DNA of 64,000 bases, from the IMG/VR virus record IMGVR_UViG_3300037247_001786, positions 128,001-192,000 of that record, one strand, 5' to 3'. The position numbers and the translations under genes are program-made. Shown here one piece after another: positions 32,901 through 43,900 of this stretch. Numbering within the stretch: the first letter of the stretch is position 1; the number at the start of each line of letters is the position of its first letter. Below the pieces are notes generated by a model that saw nothing but the letters and a program-made list of their open reading frames with translations, was not told the origin of the DNA and did no database searches. Origin of the DNA: a virus. Its lineage: Duplodnaviria; Caudoviricetes.

Positions 32901-35797
32901 AGGATATTAACGCTACTCAAATCACAAGTGGGATTATAGATATCCTTCAAATGCCTTCTGTGAAACATGACGGGAGGATTGCAGAAAGGCTGCTGCCTAT
33001 TAGATTATTTACTCAATCTTTTGACAATTTTACTTATAGCCTATCAGATACCTATATCGATGATTCTCGAAATCGTATGGGAACATCTGTTACTTTTTAT
33101 GATATTATAAATATTGCCGGGAATAGCGATGAAGAGGATGACATTCTCGCTGCGACTAGTAGCGGTATTTGGTTTAGTCCTGATTGGGGGAATAACTGGT
33201 CACAGAAAGAAACTTTTCCAGAGCCAGTTCATAGGGTGTACCAGTCTTCTGATAATAAAACTTATGCTATTACTAATTATGACGTTTTCCTTAGCGATGG
33301 TAGTAATTTTGAATCTTGGCTACAGATGGCTGGGTTATCTGGAGTAAAGGTTATTAGAGATATCACAGAAGATTCAACTGGGAATATTTACATTACTACT
33401 GATTTGGGAGTGTTTAGATTAAATGAAGATAAGCCATATATCGAGGATACGTGGGAACAGCTTTCTATCTTTGGAGTAAGAAGTACTGAAGCTTATGGTA
33501 TTATTTATATTCCAGAAGAAGATAAAATATTTACAAGTAATGAATTAGGGATACTTGAATCTGGCAATGAGGGGGCTAGTTGGTCTTTCATAAGCGAATT
33601 TGACACAACTACAAAGGTTATAAGATTTTTAAGAAGCGATAACTATATTTTCGCATTAACCAATAATAAAGTTTATAGGAAAGAAATAGGAGTTGTAGGT
33701 TTTAATGAAATCTCATCTTTAACTGGAGTTGAAATTAGTAGGCAAATAGTTATTTATCAAGATAAAATATACATAACTACTGATGATGGAATAAAGGTGT
33801 CTTCTTCAAATAATATTTACACTGATACATCTATAACCTTTTTATCTTTGTGGTCAAATATTAATGAAAAAGGCGTTAATGCAATTATGACATCTTTAAA
33901 TGTCATTTCGGATAGTTTATTCGCGGGTAGAGATAAAAAACTTTATGTTTTTGACGGGGAAGAGTTGTGGTTGCAATATGAACAGCAGGGAACTATTATC
34001 CCAACTGTTATTGTTAATAATGTAGAGCAGAAGTTGGGCTATTATTATAATAATGAAGGAGAGTTTCATAATATAGCTTTTTATGAACAAGTTAATTACG
34101 AAGATATCGTTCAGATATCGAATAGATATGATATTTATATTTCACAATCTAGAGGTTGGGTGGAACAGAAATTTGACGCAAAGGTGAACTTATGGAAAAA
34201 TAGATTATTTCATTCAGAATCTACAGAAGAGATAACTATAGATCAAAATGAATTTATACAATTTCAATTTCCAGAATATGATGACTCTAATTCTAATCAA
34301 GAGACAGCTCTTGAGTATCAAACTTTAATGGAAGATTATCTAGAAATTTTGACTGGATTAACCCTCCCAGAAGGCGACGATCTTAGAGAGTTAATCACAG
34401 ACACTCATAATGTTTATCAAAAATTTATCTCTCAATTATATAGAGACGCAAGAGTTATTGTTACTGAAAATTCAGACGGAACGACAACTTCCACTAGTTT
34501 AGTATTCCCAAAAATAAATATTTCTTTAGTTACGAGAAGTCCTATTATTACTGTAACAGGTAGCGTAGATTATGAAGAGACCTCGGCCGGTGTTTTTTAC
34601 AATGCTTCAAATGGTCAATTCGATTTTGAAGATGATTTGGACAAGGGAGATATCTTAGAAATAGACGTTTTAGGAAGTACGGTTGAGAATGCAGGAGATC
34701 TAACTCATAGGGAGTTAGAGGATGAGTTAGAGTTAGTTAATTCAGGGTTCCCTTCTGTTTTGTCTCAAGTTAGTCAAATTAACAATGTAAAATTAGGTAT
34801 ATTTACAGAGATTAAATGGCCTGGGCAAAGAGAGCTATACGTCTCTCCTTTACAAGCAGAGTATATCATTCCAGATTCTGGCAATTGGTACGACACATTC
34901 AATTCTACAATAAATTATGAAGAGCAGATATCAGAAGACGATATTTCTTTTGCGGTACTGTATCCTACTTCTGTCCTTTATATTTCAGAAATAAATAGTA
35001 TACTCGTAGGAGGAAGAGGGGGAGCAATAAAAATAGAAGTTGACACTTTAGATATAGACGAGATAGATATTTTAGACATTTCTTCAGAAACAACAAGACA
35101 GATAATCAGAGATGGAGATATTATTTATATCTTAACAGATATAGATATCTACAGCTCTGAAGATTTTGGAGCAACATGGGAAATAGTTGATAAAGCAGGT
35201 CTTCCTAGCAATCTTGGATCAATTAGTTTTGCTCAAAATAATATGATTATCGGGGCATCCGATGGAATCTATTTTAGAGCTTCTCAATTTAGCAATTGGG
35301 AGAAAGTTTTATCTTCTAATAATATGGTAAGTATCTTATCTAATCCTGATATATTATTTGCGGTAGTAGATAATCAGATATACACATCTGCTAATGGATA
35401 TAGTTATATTAATTTAAACGTCTCATCAGTAGGAAATATTACGCAATTAGTAAAACATGTCTCAACAATATATATCGCTACTGATCAGGGTCTTTATAAT
35501 GATACGGCAACTTTTTATGGAGGAAATCCTAGACTTACTCAGGTTACATTAGAGGGTAAAGAGGGGGTAGGTATTAATGATCTATATACAGATCAAACAG
35601 ACTTAATGGTAGGCATGGAAGATGGTTCCTATTTTCAGATAAATACTGAAGGGTCGGTTCTTAATGAATTTTCTTCTTTAAATTCTATACATAAAATTTT
35701 ATTAGTTAACGGAGAGATTTATTTGTTTGGTTTCGACAAAATGAAAGTTTTTGATATTGATTATCCGATAAGATTAACAACGGGAGTACCTTTATAA
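29999..35797 (+). CDS. Giant tail fibre/spike-like protein with FN3 repeats and Asp-box propellers (1932 aa)
   Basis: FN3-like repeats (FSWDANSE..YIYQVIAVDFSGNES; YAYMITAVNIYGNES); Asp-boxes WFSPDWGNNW, ESGNEGASW, YSSEDFGATW; N-terminus paralogous to 6741..9998. Confidence 0.7.
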   Translation: MPIKTRHYGLEAFSFGDFYSAAADQRRFTSIDSQLGLLSDIIGPGKIEGWDIEIVDRPTRSLKVTEGMGIIGRTVYLSFGEMEFNMLNNQTKYVYMKKKTDEIGGFSGSSNIDSAIASDSSPPASPANLISPPEDSSNNPINELISYNQIAFSWDANSEVDFSHYVVTRIGDPEYGVANVETITTDTLFIDTDLSQNTSYIYQVIAVDFSGNESPPSDIIVSTNVDTRNPLPPLFLQVFIGSESVQAIWDHSPSGYVEFYEVSAQLLDSNYDADGDPVILSLIDANSLEEFGSTYSFIDDLANDRYYNISVRSLSFGGQYSQEIFKIVKPRFSTGAGEVRDIVAEFPESIFENVKLETDISWSHVFDPYFSSPDQFLVTFVENGIRSSEPISVLASEALALCDNLEDDKLCYSHHIQFIPYLDPDDGVVKFESIKEYTPYLITIQTYVEETDSTSNGAFLRVDRTPSYQLLPAVSNADIERNTSDNSIIVRWENPPTIFFNNCKISVTIIDLNAVVDDIVIEDDTDVGKATSYAIPGSYFDVDQRYIFEITPVDIFERDGQSLSIAEQFTEDELDPRPESPVGKDVVNGDGVVTLTWGLDHIEETVSYKIYRSSATKTFYLYTDFTLIVTVDADVTKLVDYDVLNGGTYAYMITAVNIYGNESLNPVDDKYVSTALLRGLPTQSGILSPAENLVVTINVVDVDLTWDFTSGAFDGYEIYKSIGNKYSFELIDHAAASAISYTDEDALLKDGETYYYLVRKYKDETIIFVSSSGVTPSESILLGSVRTYTDSGQQIEITDLSTTLKDLQTPLETIVQERIANHKHNIDDIGQDKRIELRSNSIVTDWITTDFQLYTTEEDISGAENYIVRVFAEVNEDYFTDDNGIQNTAAIKQAQSSSPPILYTIDSENGTITFETPLYTICEEPENPDPLDTTNVCPVTPYSSTPSVSIELLGISEVSNLITDGTIEDINATQITSGIIDILQMPSVKHDGRIAERLLPIRLFTQSFDNFTYSLSDTYIDDSRNRMGTSVTFYDIINIAGNSDEEDDILAATSSGIWFSPDWGNNWSQKETFPEPVHRVYQSSDNKTYAITNYDVFLSDGSNFESWLQMAGLSGVKVIRDITEDSTGNIYITTDLGVFRLNEDKPYIEDTWEQLSIFGVRSTEAYGIIYIPEEDKIFTSNELGILESGNEGASWSFISEFDTTTKVIRFLRSDNYIFALTNNKVYRKEIGVVGFNEISSLTGVEISRQIVIYQDKIYITTDDGIKVSSSNNIYTDTSITFLSLWSNINEKGVNAIMTSLNVISDSLFAGRDKKLYVFDGEELWLQYEQQGTIIPTVIVNNVEQKLGYYYNNEGEFHNIAFYEQVNYEDIVQISNRYDIYISQSRGWVEQKFDAKVNLWKNRLFHSESTEEITIDQNEFIQFQFPEYDDSNSNQETALEYQTLMEDYLEILTGLTLPEGDDLRELITDTHNVYQKFISQLYRDARVIVTENSDGTTTSTSLVFPKINISLVTRSPIITVTGSVDYEETSAGVFYNASNGQFDFEDDLDKGDILEIDVLGSTVENAGDLTHRELEDELELVNSGFPSVLSQVSQINNVKLGIFTEIKWPGQRELYVSPLQAEYIIPDSGNWYDTFNSTINYEEQISEDDISFAVLYPTSVLYISEINSILVGGRGGAIKIEVDTLDIDEIDILDISSETTRQIIRDGDIIYILTDIDIYSSEDFGATWEIVDKAGLPSNLGSISFAQNNMIIGASDGIYFRASQFSNWEKVLSSNNMVSILSNPDILFAVVDNQIYTSANGYSYINLNVSSVGNITQLVKHVSTIYIATDQGLYNDTATFYGGNPRLTQVTLEGKEGVGINDLYTDQTDLMVGMEDGSYFQINTEGSVLNEFSSLNSIHKILLVNGEIYLFGFDKMKVFDIDYPIRLTTGVPL

Positions 35798-37791
35798 TGG
35801 CTTTTAAAGAAAAAATAAATTTTGACGGGCTTATAGCTAGTCAGAAGGCTGGCCAGAAAGTTGCTATTTATGATAAATATATGGCAACAAGCGGTTATGA
35901 TCTTAGTGATGTTACTATTTATGAAAGAAATAATAAAGGAGAGTGGGAGCATTTAGAAGATTCGAACAAATTAGCGAATTGGGAACATGGAATATCTCTG
36001 GATATGTATAAAGGTGTCCTGGCGATTGGGTCCCCTAGATCCACTGTTTCCAATCTTGGAAGAGCCGTGGTGGCTTCTTCTTTAGACGATTTTGTCGATG
36101 AACAAAATTTTACTCCAGATGATAGTGCTTCATCAGTTGTATTTGGTTCTTCAGTTTCGTTGTCAGATAGCTTTTTCGCGGTTGGCGATCCAGGCCACAA
36201 TTCTAACAGAGGGGTTGTTTACATTTATGTAAAAACAGGAGACAATTGGGTAGGAGTGACAAAAGAAGATTATATGGTTATTCCAAATGACGCGATAGCT
36301 AATCAAAATTTTGGAACATCTGTTTCAATAAATGAAAATTTCTTAATTGTTGGAGCAAGAGGCGATAGCGGCAGTAAAGGAGCTGTTTATATTTTTGAAA
36401 GAGATAGCGACACGGGTGCATGGGAGCAGTCTCAAAAGATAATTGCTTCAGATGGTCAATCAGGAGACGAGTTCGGAGGTGAAGTCTCCTTATCGGGTGA
36501 TTATTTTGCAGTTGGTGCTGAATTTACTGATGCATCTGATCAAGAAATAAATGTTGGTGCAGTTTATATATTTAGTTATTCAAATAGTTGGAATGAATTG
36601 AGGAAGATAACAGGAGTTGGAGAGTCTGGATTAATAGCTAATAACTTTGGACATTCAGTTGATTTGCAAGATGACTATTTAATTGTAGGATCTCCTGGAG
36701 CTAGGAATAGTGGAGTAGCGGATGTTTTTTACAAAAAAAGAAATTGGGGACATCTAAAAAAAATAGTAAGCGATTCAGTCTCTACAGGAGATTCTTTTGG
36801 GGAAAGTGTTAGTATCTATCATCCATATTTAGCAGTTGGTTCTCCTGAAATTGCTTCTGGTCTTGGTAGATTTTATATTTTTGAAGACCCTCCAATTAGA
36901 CTGCGTCTTGCACAGGAGTTCGAGGTTAACGAAGAATTCGTACCAACAAAAGCATCTGTTTATTTAAAAAGAAGTGGAGATAATTTAAGTTCTTCGTGGG
37001 CATTGCGGAGTAGTAGAGCTTCCATTATAGATGCTTCTAATTTTTCTTCTATTAGTCAATCTGATAATAAAGTTATTTTTGATGATAGAGTGTCTGGGTA
37101 TACCGGAAATGGATATATGGTTTTATCTCCAGAAGATGAATTTGATATTGTGGGAGGAGACGACAATAGTTATCCTATAGTTAATTATCCAATAAGAAAT
37201 TCAATTCCAGATTATTATAATTTATGGATACGATGTTTTTCTGCTGATTTTGGAGACCCTAGTTCATCTAATTTCGAAGCTGATATATTATTGGATGGAA
37301 TAGTTGTTAAAAATATATCTTCAGTTGTAGGGAGCGACGAGTGGTTATGGCTTAATACTTCTTTTATTTTGCCGGATACTCAACAGCATATTTTAGGAAT
37401 AAGAATGAAGGAAAAGGGAGCAATAATAGATAAGATATATATAGATGCAGATTCTGGAACTGTGCCAGAAGGAGACGGTCCTCCTTATTTAACATCTCCA
37501 TATATTACTGCTCATATGAAAGTCTATGATGGGTATGGGTACTCCTCTCCAGTCGATCCTCTATATATTTATGACTACAAAACTTCATTAGATGAAATTA
37601 TACAGGACGATTGGTATAACTTTGACATAAATGTATTAGATAGTAGACGAGGATATGACATTAAAGAAGATTTTACTAGTAATTTCTTTTTGGTTATGTC
37701 TACATCTGGATCAAATTCAGATAATTTTATTCTTTGGGAGATATTAGAAAAAGATGAATACTCTTCTCAAAATTCAGCAATTAAAATTTAG
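35797..37791 (+). CDS. FG-GAP (integrin-alpha-type) beta-propeller protein with carbohydrate-binding-like C-terminal module (664 aa)
   Basis: Five clear FG.SV.....VG.P...G.VYIF repeats plus two diverged N-terminal ones; C-terminal GYTGNGYM..YNLWIR..WLWL..HILGIRMKEKGAIIDKIYI beta-sandwich; TAATG overlap with the previous gene. Confidence 0.85.
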   Translation: MAFKEKINFDGLIASQKAGQKVAIYDKYMATSGYDLSDVTIYERNNKGEWEHLEDSNKLANWEHGISLDMYKGVLAIGSPRSTVSNLGRAVVASSLDDFVDEQNFTPDDSASSVVFGSSVSLSDSFFAVGDPGHNSNRGVVYIYVKTGDNWVGVTKEDYMVIPNDAIANQNFGTSVSINENFLIVGARGDSGSKGAVYIFERDSDTGAWEQSQKIIASDGQSGDEFGGEVSLSGDYFAVGAEFTDASDQEINVGAVYIFSYSNSWNELRKITGVGESGLIANNFGHSVDLQDDYLIVGSPGARNSGVADVFYKKRNWGHLKKIVSDSVSTGDSFGESVSIYHPYLAVGSPEIASGLGRFYIFEDPPIRLRLAQEFEVNEEFVPTKASVYLKRSGDNLSSSWALRSSRASIIDASNFSSISQSDNKVIFDDRVSGYTGNGYMVLSPEDEFDIVGGDDNSYPIVNYPIRNSIPDYYNLWIRCFSADFGDPSSSNFEADILLDGIVVKNISSVVGSDEWLWLNTSFILPDTQQHILGIRMKEKGAIIDKIYIDADSGTVPEGDGPPYLTSPYITAHMKVYDGYGYSSPVDPLYIYDYKTSLDEIIQDDWYNFDINVLDSRRGYDIKEDFTSNFFLVMSTSGSNSDNFILWEILEKDEYSSQNSAIKI

Positions 37792-37803
37792 GAAAAGTTT
37801 AAT

Positions 37804-37971
37804 ATGAGCGTTAGATTCGGTTTCATAACAGATATACATGCCTATCCGATAACTTACTATAAGGCTAAATCAGGTGATTCTGAATTAGATGAAGATACTT
37901 GGTATATAAACACAAATAAAAAACATGCTTTTAAAATATATAGCGATTTTGATCCGATAGAGGATGTATAA
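37804..37971 (+). pseudogene. 55-aa ORF carrying only motif I of a calcineurin-like metallophosphoesterase (probable deletion remnant)
   Basis: Hand translation MSVRFGFITDIHAYPITYYKAKSGDSELDEDTWYINTNKKHAFKIYSDFDPIEDV*; below the track cutoff; GD, GNH and GHxH motifs absent. Confidence 0.55.
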
Positions 37972-37973
37972 AG

Positions 37974-40900
37974 ATGACAAAAAAAATAGTAGTTCCCCCA
38001 GTTGTTGACACTGAGTTAGATGTTAATGTTTTCTCAGATAAGATAAATCAAGTTCTTAATAATGTTAAGATAACTGATAATGGAGATGGTACAGAGTTAG
38101 TCGAACTTAGCCTTGATGGAAGGGTTGTTACTTTTATTATTGATCAAAGTGGGAGTATGACATGGAACGACAATGACGGTTTTCGTCATGAAATAGCTAA
38201 AAAAATAATTGAAGACATTGAAGCTAATTATCCTGGGGAGATTAGGTATAATCTTTTTCAATATGGAGCTATATTGTCAACTACTTTATTTTTTGGAGTA
38301 ATTGAAGAGGATGGATTTAATCCTAATGATATCGATTCTTTAAACGCTTTATATTTTGCCGATGATGAAGCGAATTTTGCAGGGATAAGAGTTGTTAGAA
38401 ATATAGAAAGAGTGGTTGATGGGGATATTTTAACTTATCCTACTTCTCCTATAGATGGAGAAATAGTTTTAGAAGGTTTTATCTCTAAGGCTTTTGAAGA
38501 TAGCCTTGAGGAAGGCACAACTTATTACTATACGGTTTATACCTTTGATAAAGAATTACGTTTTAGTCGGGGAAGGAATGTTAGTGTAGCCCCTAGAGAT
38601 AGGATAGTCCCTAGAGGGGTTAGTATTTTTAATTCTTTTAAAAAAATAGACGAAACTTCATTATCATTAATAGGAAGTGCTGTTCAGAGAGATGAGGATA
38701 TTATTGGCTTATGGCATATGGACGAGGGCGAAGGTCACAGGTTGTTCGATTTCAGCGACACAAAGGCTAACCTGACGTTATTCGATACAGAGCCATCTTG
38801 GGTAGGGGAAAACTTTTCGCCTGCTGGTGAAGGAGCTATGTACTTTAATGGGGTAGATGATTACGCCACCATAAACGATGTGGATGCACTAGACTTAGGA
38901 ACTCCCAAGACTCTTATGGCCTGGATTTTACCTTACTCCGTGAGCGGTAGTTCAGATATTATTTGCTCTACAGACGGAGAGGATGTAAGTTACACTCTTG
39001 GAATTAGAGATGGTAAATTATTTTTTAGTGAAGGTATTCCTGGTACTGGAAGTTCTGAGTGGAGTACCGACTCTGCTGTTATTGAGGTTAACGCATGGCA
39101 GCATGTGTGCGTCACTTTATTAAGTGGAAGTCCTATTTTTTATATCAATGCGAATATTGAACCGTCATCTACCACCTCTTCTGGACCTCAGTCTAGCAAT
39201 GATGGCAATTTATACTTTTCCATAGGAGCGTGTAGGAGAACTTCCGGAATAATGAACTATTTTTATGGGAAGATAACGGAAGTTAGTGTTCATGGCGTTG
39301 TAAGGGATTCTGATTATATTAGTAATCAAGTATCAGTGGAGGAAGTTATAGACCCAGATACAGGGATAGCTTTTACTGATCCATTGACTGGATTGCCAGC
39401 AACTCAGGCATTAGGATTAAAGGGAGATAATGGTGACAGGTTAAACGTATTTAAATATACTGTTCCTGAAGACGCCAATTATCTCGGCGGCGAGGTGATA
39501 ATAGTTAAGAATGAAAAAAATATTCCTACATGGGAGGGGGATGGGACTATTATTCATACGAATACATCGGTTAGTTCAGGAGAGTATTTCTCTACGGATG
39601 CCGATGATTTTGTATTGGGAGAGGAATACTATTATAGAATTTATTCTCAAAATACAACTGGAAATTTTAGCTATTCTTCTGATTCTCCTTCGTTATCTAT
39701 AGATATCTCAACAGGCATTCTTCCAGAATATATTCCAGAATTATTAACTAATATAGAAGGACCATCTAATCCTTTTGGGGTTCCTGTCTCTGTAGGAGGA
39801 AATAGGAAAGTTGGATTACGGTGGAGAAATGATCTGATTTCAGATGACAGAGTAAAGAGAGTAAAAATATATGTCTCTACATCTCTTTTTCCAACAGTTA
39901 ATCCAGATGGAGGATCAAGCGGTTCATTAATTTTTACAGGAGATGTATCTGATGGAAGCTTTGTCCATAGGGATATTTCTAATGATATTGAAAGGTTTTA
40001 TACTATAACAAATATAGACAGATATGGAAGAAACTCTTCTGCTCAGATAACAAGTTCATCGACAACTTCCGCTTCTTCGACATCAGCACAAGAAGCTCTT
40101 ATCCCTTTACTTGAAGTGGAAAATTTACATTATGAAATAGTTAATGACGAGTCTGTAAGTATCATTTGGGATCAGCCAATTCAAAGACCAGAAGATTTAC
40201 ATAGTTTTTTCGGAGAAACTGTATTATTATACGCCACTATTACTGACCAATTTGGACAGCCTATACCAGAGGATTCTCTTGTTGAGATGGTAATAGAATC
40301 GAAGATTACAAAAGAAACAGCAGTAGATGATGTATTTTCTTCAGGTGAGCCATTATCATTTACGGATGAAGAGTCTTATTCTTTTGTTGTATCAGGTATT
40401 AAAGATGGGATAATTCAAGCAAGTCTTAGTATGTCTAATGATTCTAGCGTTTTATCTCAAATAAAAGAAGCTAAGTTCACAGTTAAAGTTAAGTCATTTA
40501 TTCCTGGCAATTCATCTAATTTAAATAATTCTTCTGATGGGCAGGCTAGCTCCAATGTCTCTAGCTCCGCACTTGGAGCGATCGCCGATTATATAAATAC
40601 GATTAACGAATTAATTGAAGATATAGAGGGGGCTGAAGAAGAGGTTGAGTCTTCAGGAAATATATTTGAGTACACTTCTCAGCCACTAAATATTGTTTTT
40701 TCTAATCCATGGGATCTCGAATTAGTTAATAGAGATAATAGAAAGGTTGAGCAAAGATGTTTTTATTATAAAAAAGATACAACTACAAATGTCGATGTTT
40801 TAACTCAAACTGTTGAAAGTTTTGATGGAGCCTATATTCGCTCAACAAATCCTTTTGTTGCTAGAGCAAAAGTTACATATAAGGGAGACGTTGTCTCTTC

Positions 40901-43900
40901 AGGATTTGTTGATATTGCCGTATGGGATGCAGAAGCCGACTTATGCAGTTGTGCTACAGAAGACGCCGATCCTGGTTGCAAACCTGTTTTTAGTAAAACG
41001 CAAGTTAGTGAAATTGTAAGTTTACCATCTTATAGATTGCCAATAATTAATGGGACAGAGAATACTGTTAACTCTGTAGGAGAGACAGTCTCTACCCCTA
41101 TTTCATATATAGATGTGTCTCTTTCTTCTACTGATCTGCCTTTAAATATTAAGTTATATGCTAAGGGACAATTTGCAGGATTCTCGTCATTAAAAGAATT
41201 AGATATCGTATTTCAAAATATTTTAAGGATAGATCTAAACGCACAGGCTCCTCAAGCAGATGGAGTTAATATAGTCGAACAGCAATCTACTGTTTATATT
41301 ATTAATCCTGATTTCCCCGAAAATCAAGATCTTTATACTTTTCCAGTAAACCAGTCTATAGTTGAGTGGAAGATAGATCCTAAGCATGCTTTTAGAAGTA
41401 GAAGTATAGGAGGGGGATCGCTAACTGGTTTAACTGGAGTAGATATCATACCTCGCAATTTATATTCTATAGACAACGTTCCTGTTTTTAACGGGATATT
41501 TTCTTACACTAGAACAGGTACAGCAAGAAATGTCTTTTTGGGTCCAGCCGAAAATAGAAATGAAAGCATAGCAGAAACTTATGAGTTATCGGCGTCTATA
41601 TCATACGAGGGATTAAGTGATCAGTCTAAGCAAGAAATTATTATTAGTCACGGCGGGTCTAACTTGCAGTCATTTGGTGCAAGATTTTTAATGGAAACTG
41701 AATATAGTTATAAAAACGCTCGCGGAAATAGAATATGGACAGATGGTATTGACTATAAGAAAATTTATATCAGTAGGGATCCGACAGTTGCTGATTATCC
41801 AGAGTTTTTATTTGGAGATATATTTAGAAATTGTGCCGACGAAGAGGGGTCTCCTGTTCTAGAACTTAATCCCTCTGGACAGGTGGTTACTTTAATAGGT
41901 GACGAGGATATCGAATTTTTATGGGGAGAGATAACAGAAGTTGTTGATCCATATACAGGGCAAGAGTATCTAGAGATAGGTGATGACGGCTTTATAGCGT
42001 CTGGAACTGCTGATGTGGAATTAAATGATGAATCTATTTCTGACAGGACTACTGTTTATTTTAGATTTAATAAATTTACTCAAGGTTCTAAATGCAATAG
42101 AGATAACACTCCTCCATGTAGGGAGGTCAACCTCGGATGCTTAGGTCTTACTTCTTGCGACTTACCTCTCGGTAATTCTTTTATATCAGGTGAAACATTT
42201 ATTTTTGTAAATGGAGAACCTTTAAGGCTCGCAGGTGGAGGAGGTGATTCTGGGGGAGTTCCTCCATGTCCTGTTTGTTTTAATGAGCCTCTAAGAGTTT
42301 CTACAGTTTGGACAAAGATAGATGGGAAAGATACTCCTGAATTAGGAGTATTTCCTGAACCTGAATTTGGAGTACCTCCTAAAGATCCTATAACTGTTAA
42401 TTCGGTTATGGATATTAGGGTTGAGGTGTCTTTTGCTGGCAAACCAGTTCCTAATAATACTCCCATTACAACAGTAGTTGGAAATAATGATGGGAGATCC
42501 GTGTTTAGTGCTTTGAGAAATATAGTTTTTACAGAGATTCAAGACACTGATGTTATCGATGAATATACTGGAGATATTGTAGTTGAAGCAGATGGAAAAA
42601 GTTATGCGGATATTAGAATCGTCATATTAAACGTTCCTGAAGTTACTTCATCAGAAAAAATAAAGATATTTTCTACATATGATGAAACGGAATTAACAGA
42701 GAGAAAAGTCGAAAACATCTATAGTATGACTTTAATAATTAAGGACATACCGGACGAAGAAGAGGAGGAGGATGTCCCGGACGTTATTGTTCCTCCGGAA
42801 GAAGAGCAAACAGTATATTCTAAAACATTAGAGAGATATGATATAGATTTAGATCAGTGGAGTTACTCTACGGATATGAGCATTGCCAGATCATCACCAT
42901 TTGTGGGAGTTGTTAATAATATCGTTTATGTTTTTGGAGGCTTTATAAATAATGACACAGATATTGCTCCTGAAACAGAAGTTTACTATCCTTTAACAGA
43001 TAGTTGGTCTTTTGCTTCTGATATTCCTACTCCTCGTTTTGGGGGGAGTACGGTTGTTGTTGAAGATAAGATATATACGATAGGAGGTTGCTATTATAAT
43101 GATCAACAACAAAACATAGAGGTAAGCAATTTAATAGAAATGTATGACACGACAACAGGAGAATGGTCTACCCTAACAGATATGCCTTCAGTAGGGATAG
43201 GTATAAGTGAGCAGTCTTACGGGGTAGCTTACGGAACAGCGGTTCATGTGGCTTTAGAAACTGGTAGCGATATCTTTAATTATATATATGTGTTGTCAGG
43301 TGCAATCGAGGTTTACGATGGGAATAGTGGAATTGAAATAGAGGCAGTAAATGATAGAATACTAAGATATTGTATAGAGACTGATAGTTGGGAAATCAGT
43401 TCTATTCCTTTATTCGGTTCAGATCTAAATACCTATCAAAGAATATCGCCGTTATGTTTTTCTGTAGACAATCAAATTGTTGTACTTAACGGAGCATTAG
43501 TTGATTTAAGTACAACTGTAAATGAATTTGTTTTTATTAATGAAGTATATACCATTACCGTAGTGGGAGATATAGATTTAACAGATTTTATATCATCTAG
43601 TTTTATCGGGACAAAACCGTTAGCTAAATATCAATCATCTTTAGTAGAATATCTTCCAAATCCTGCTTATGAGCCTAGTTCTAGTTTGCAAAGATTTTAC
43701 TTTATAATAGGAGGAGCAAACCAGGATTCATTGAATCTAGACATAGTTGAAAGACTTGACCCATCGGTTCAGCCTTATGGGTACACAAATAGCGAACTGT
43801 CTTTGGACTCTTTATCTAAAGGAAGAAATGCTCTTGGGGCTGCTTTTGCTTATGGTCTTGATGATGAATATGGAAGTATATCACCTTTTATATATGTGAT

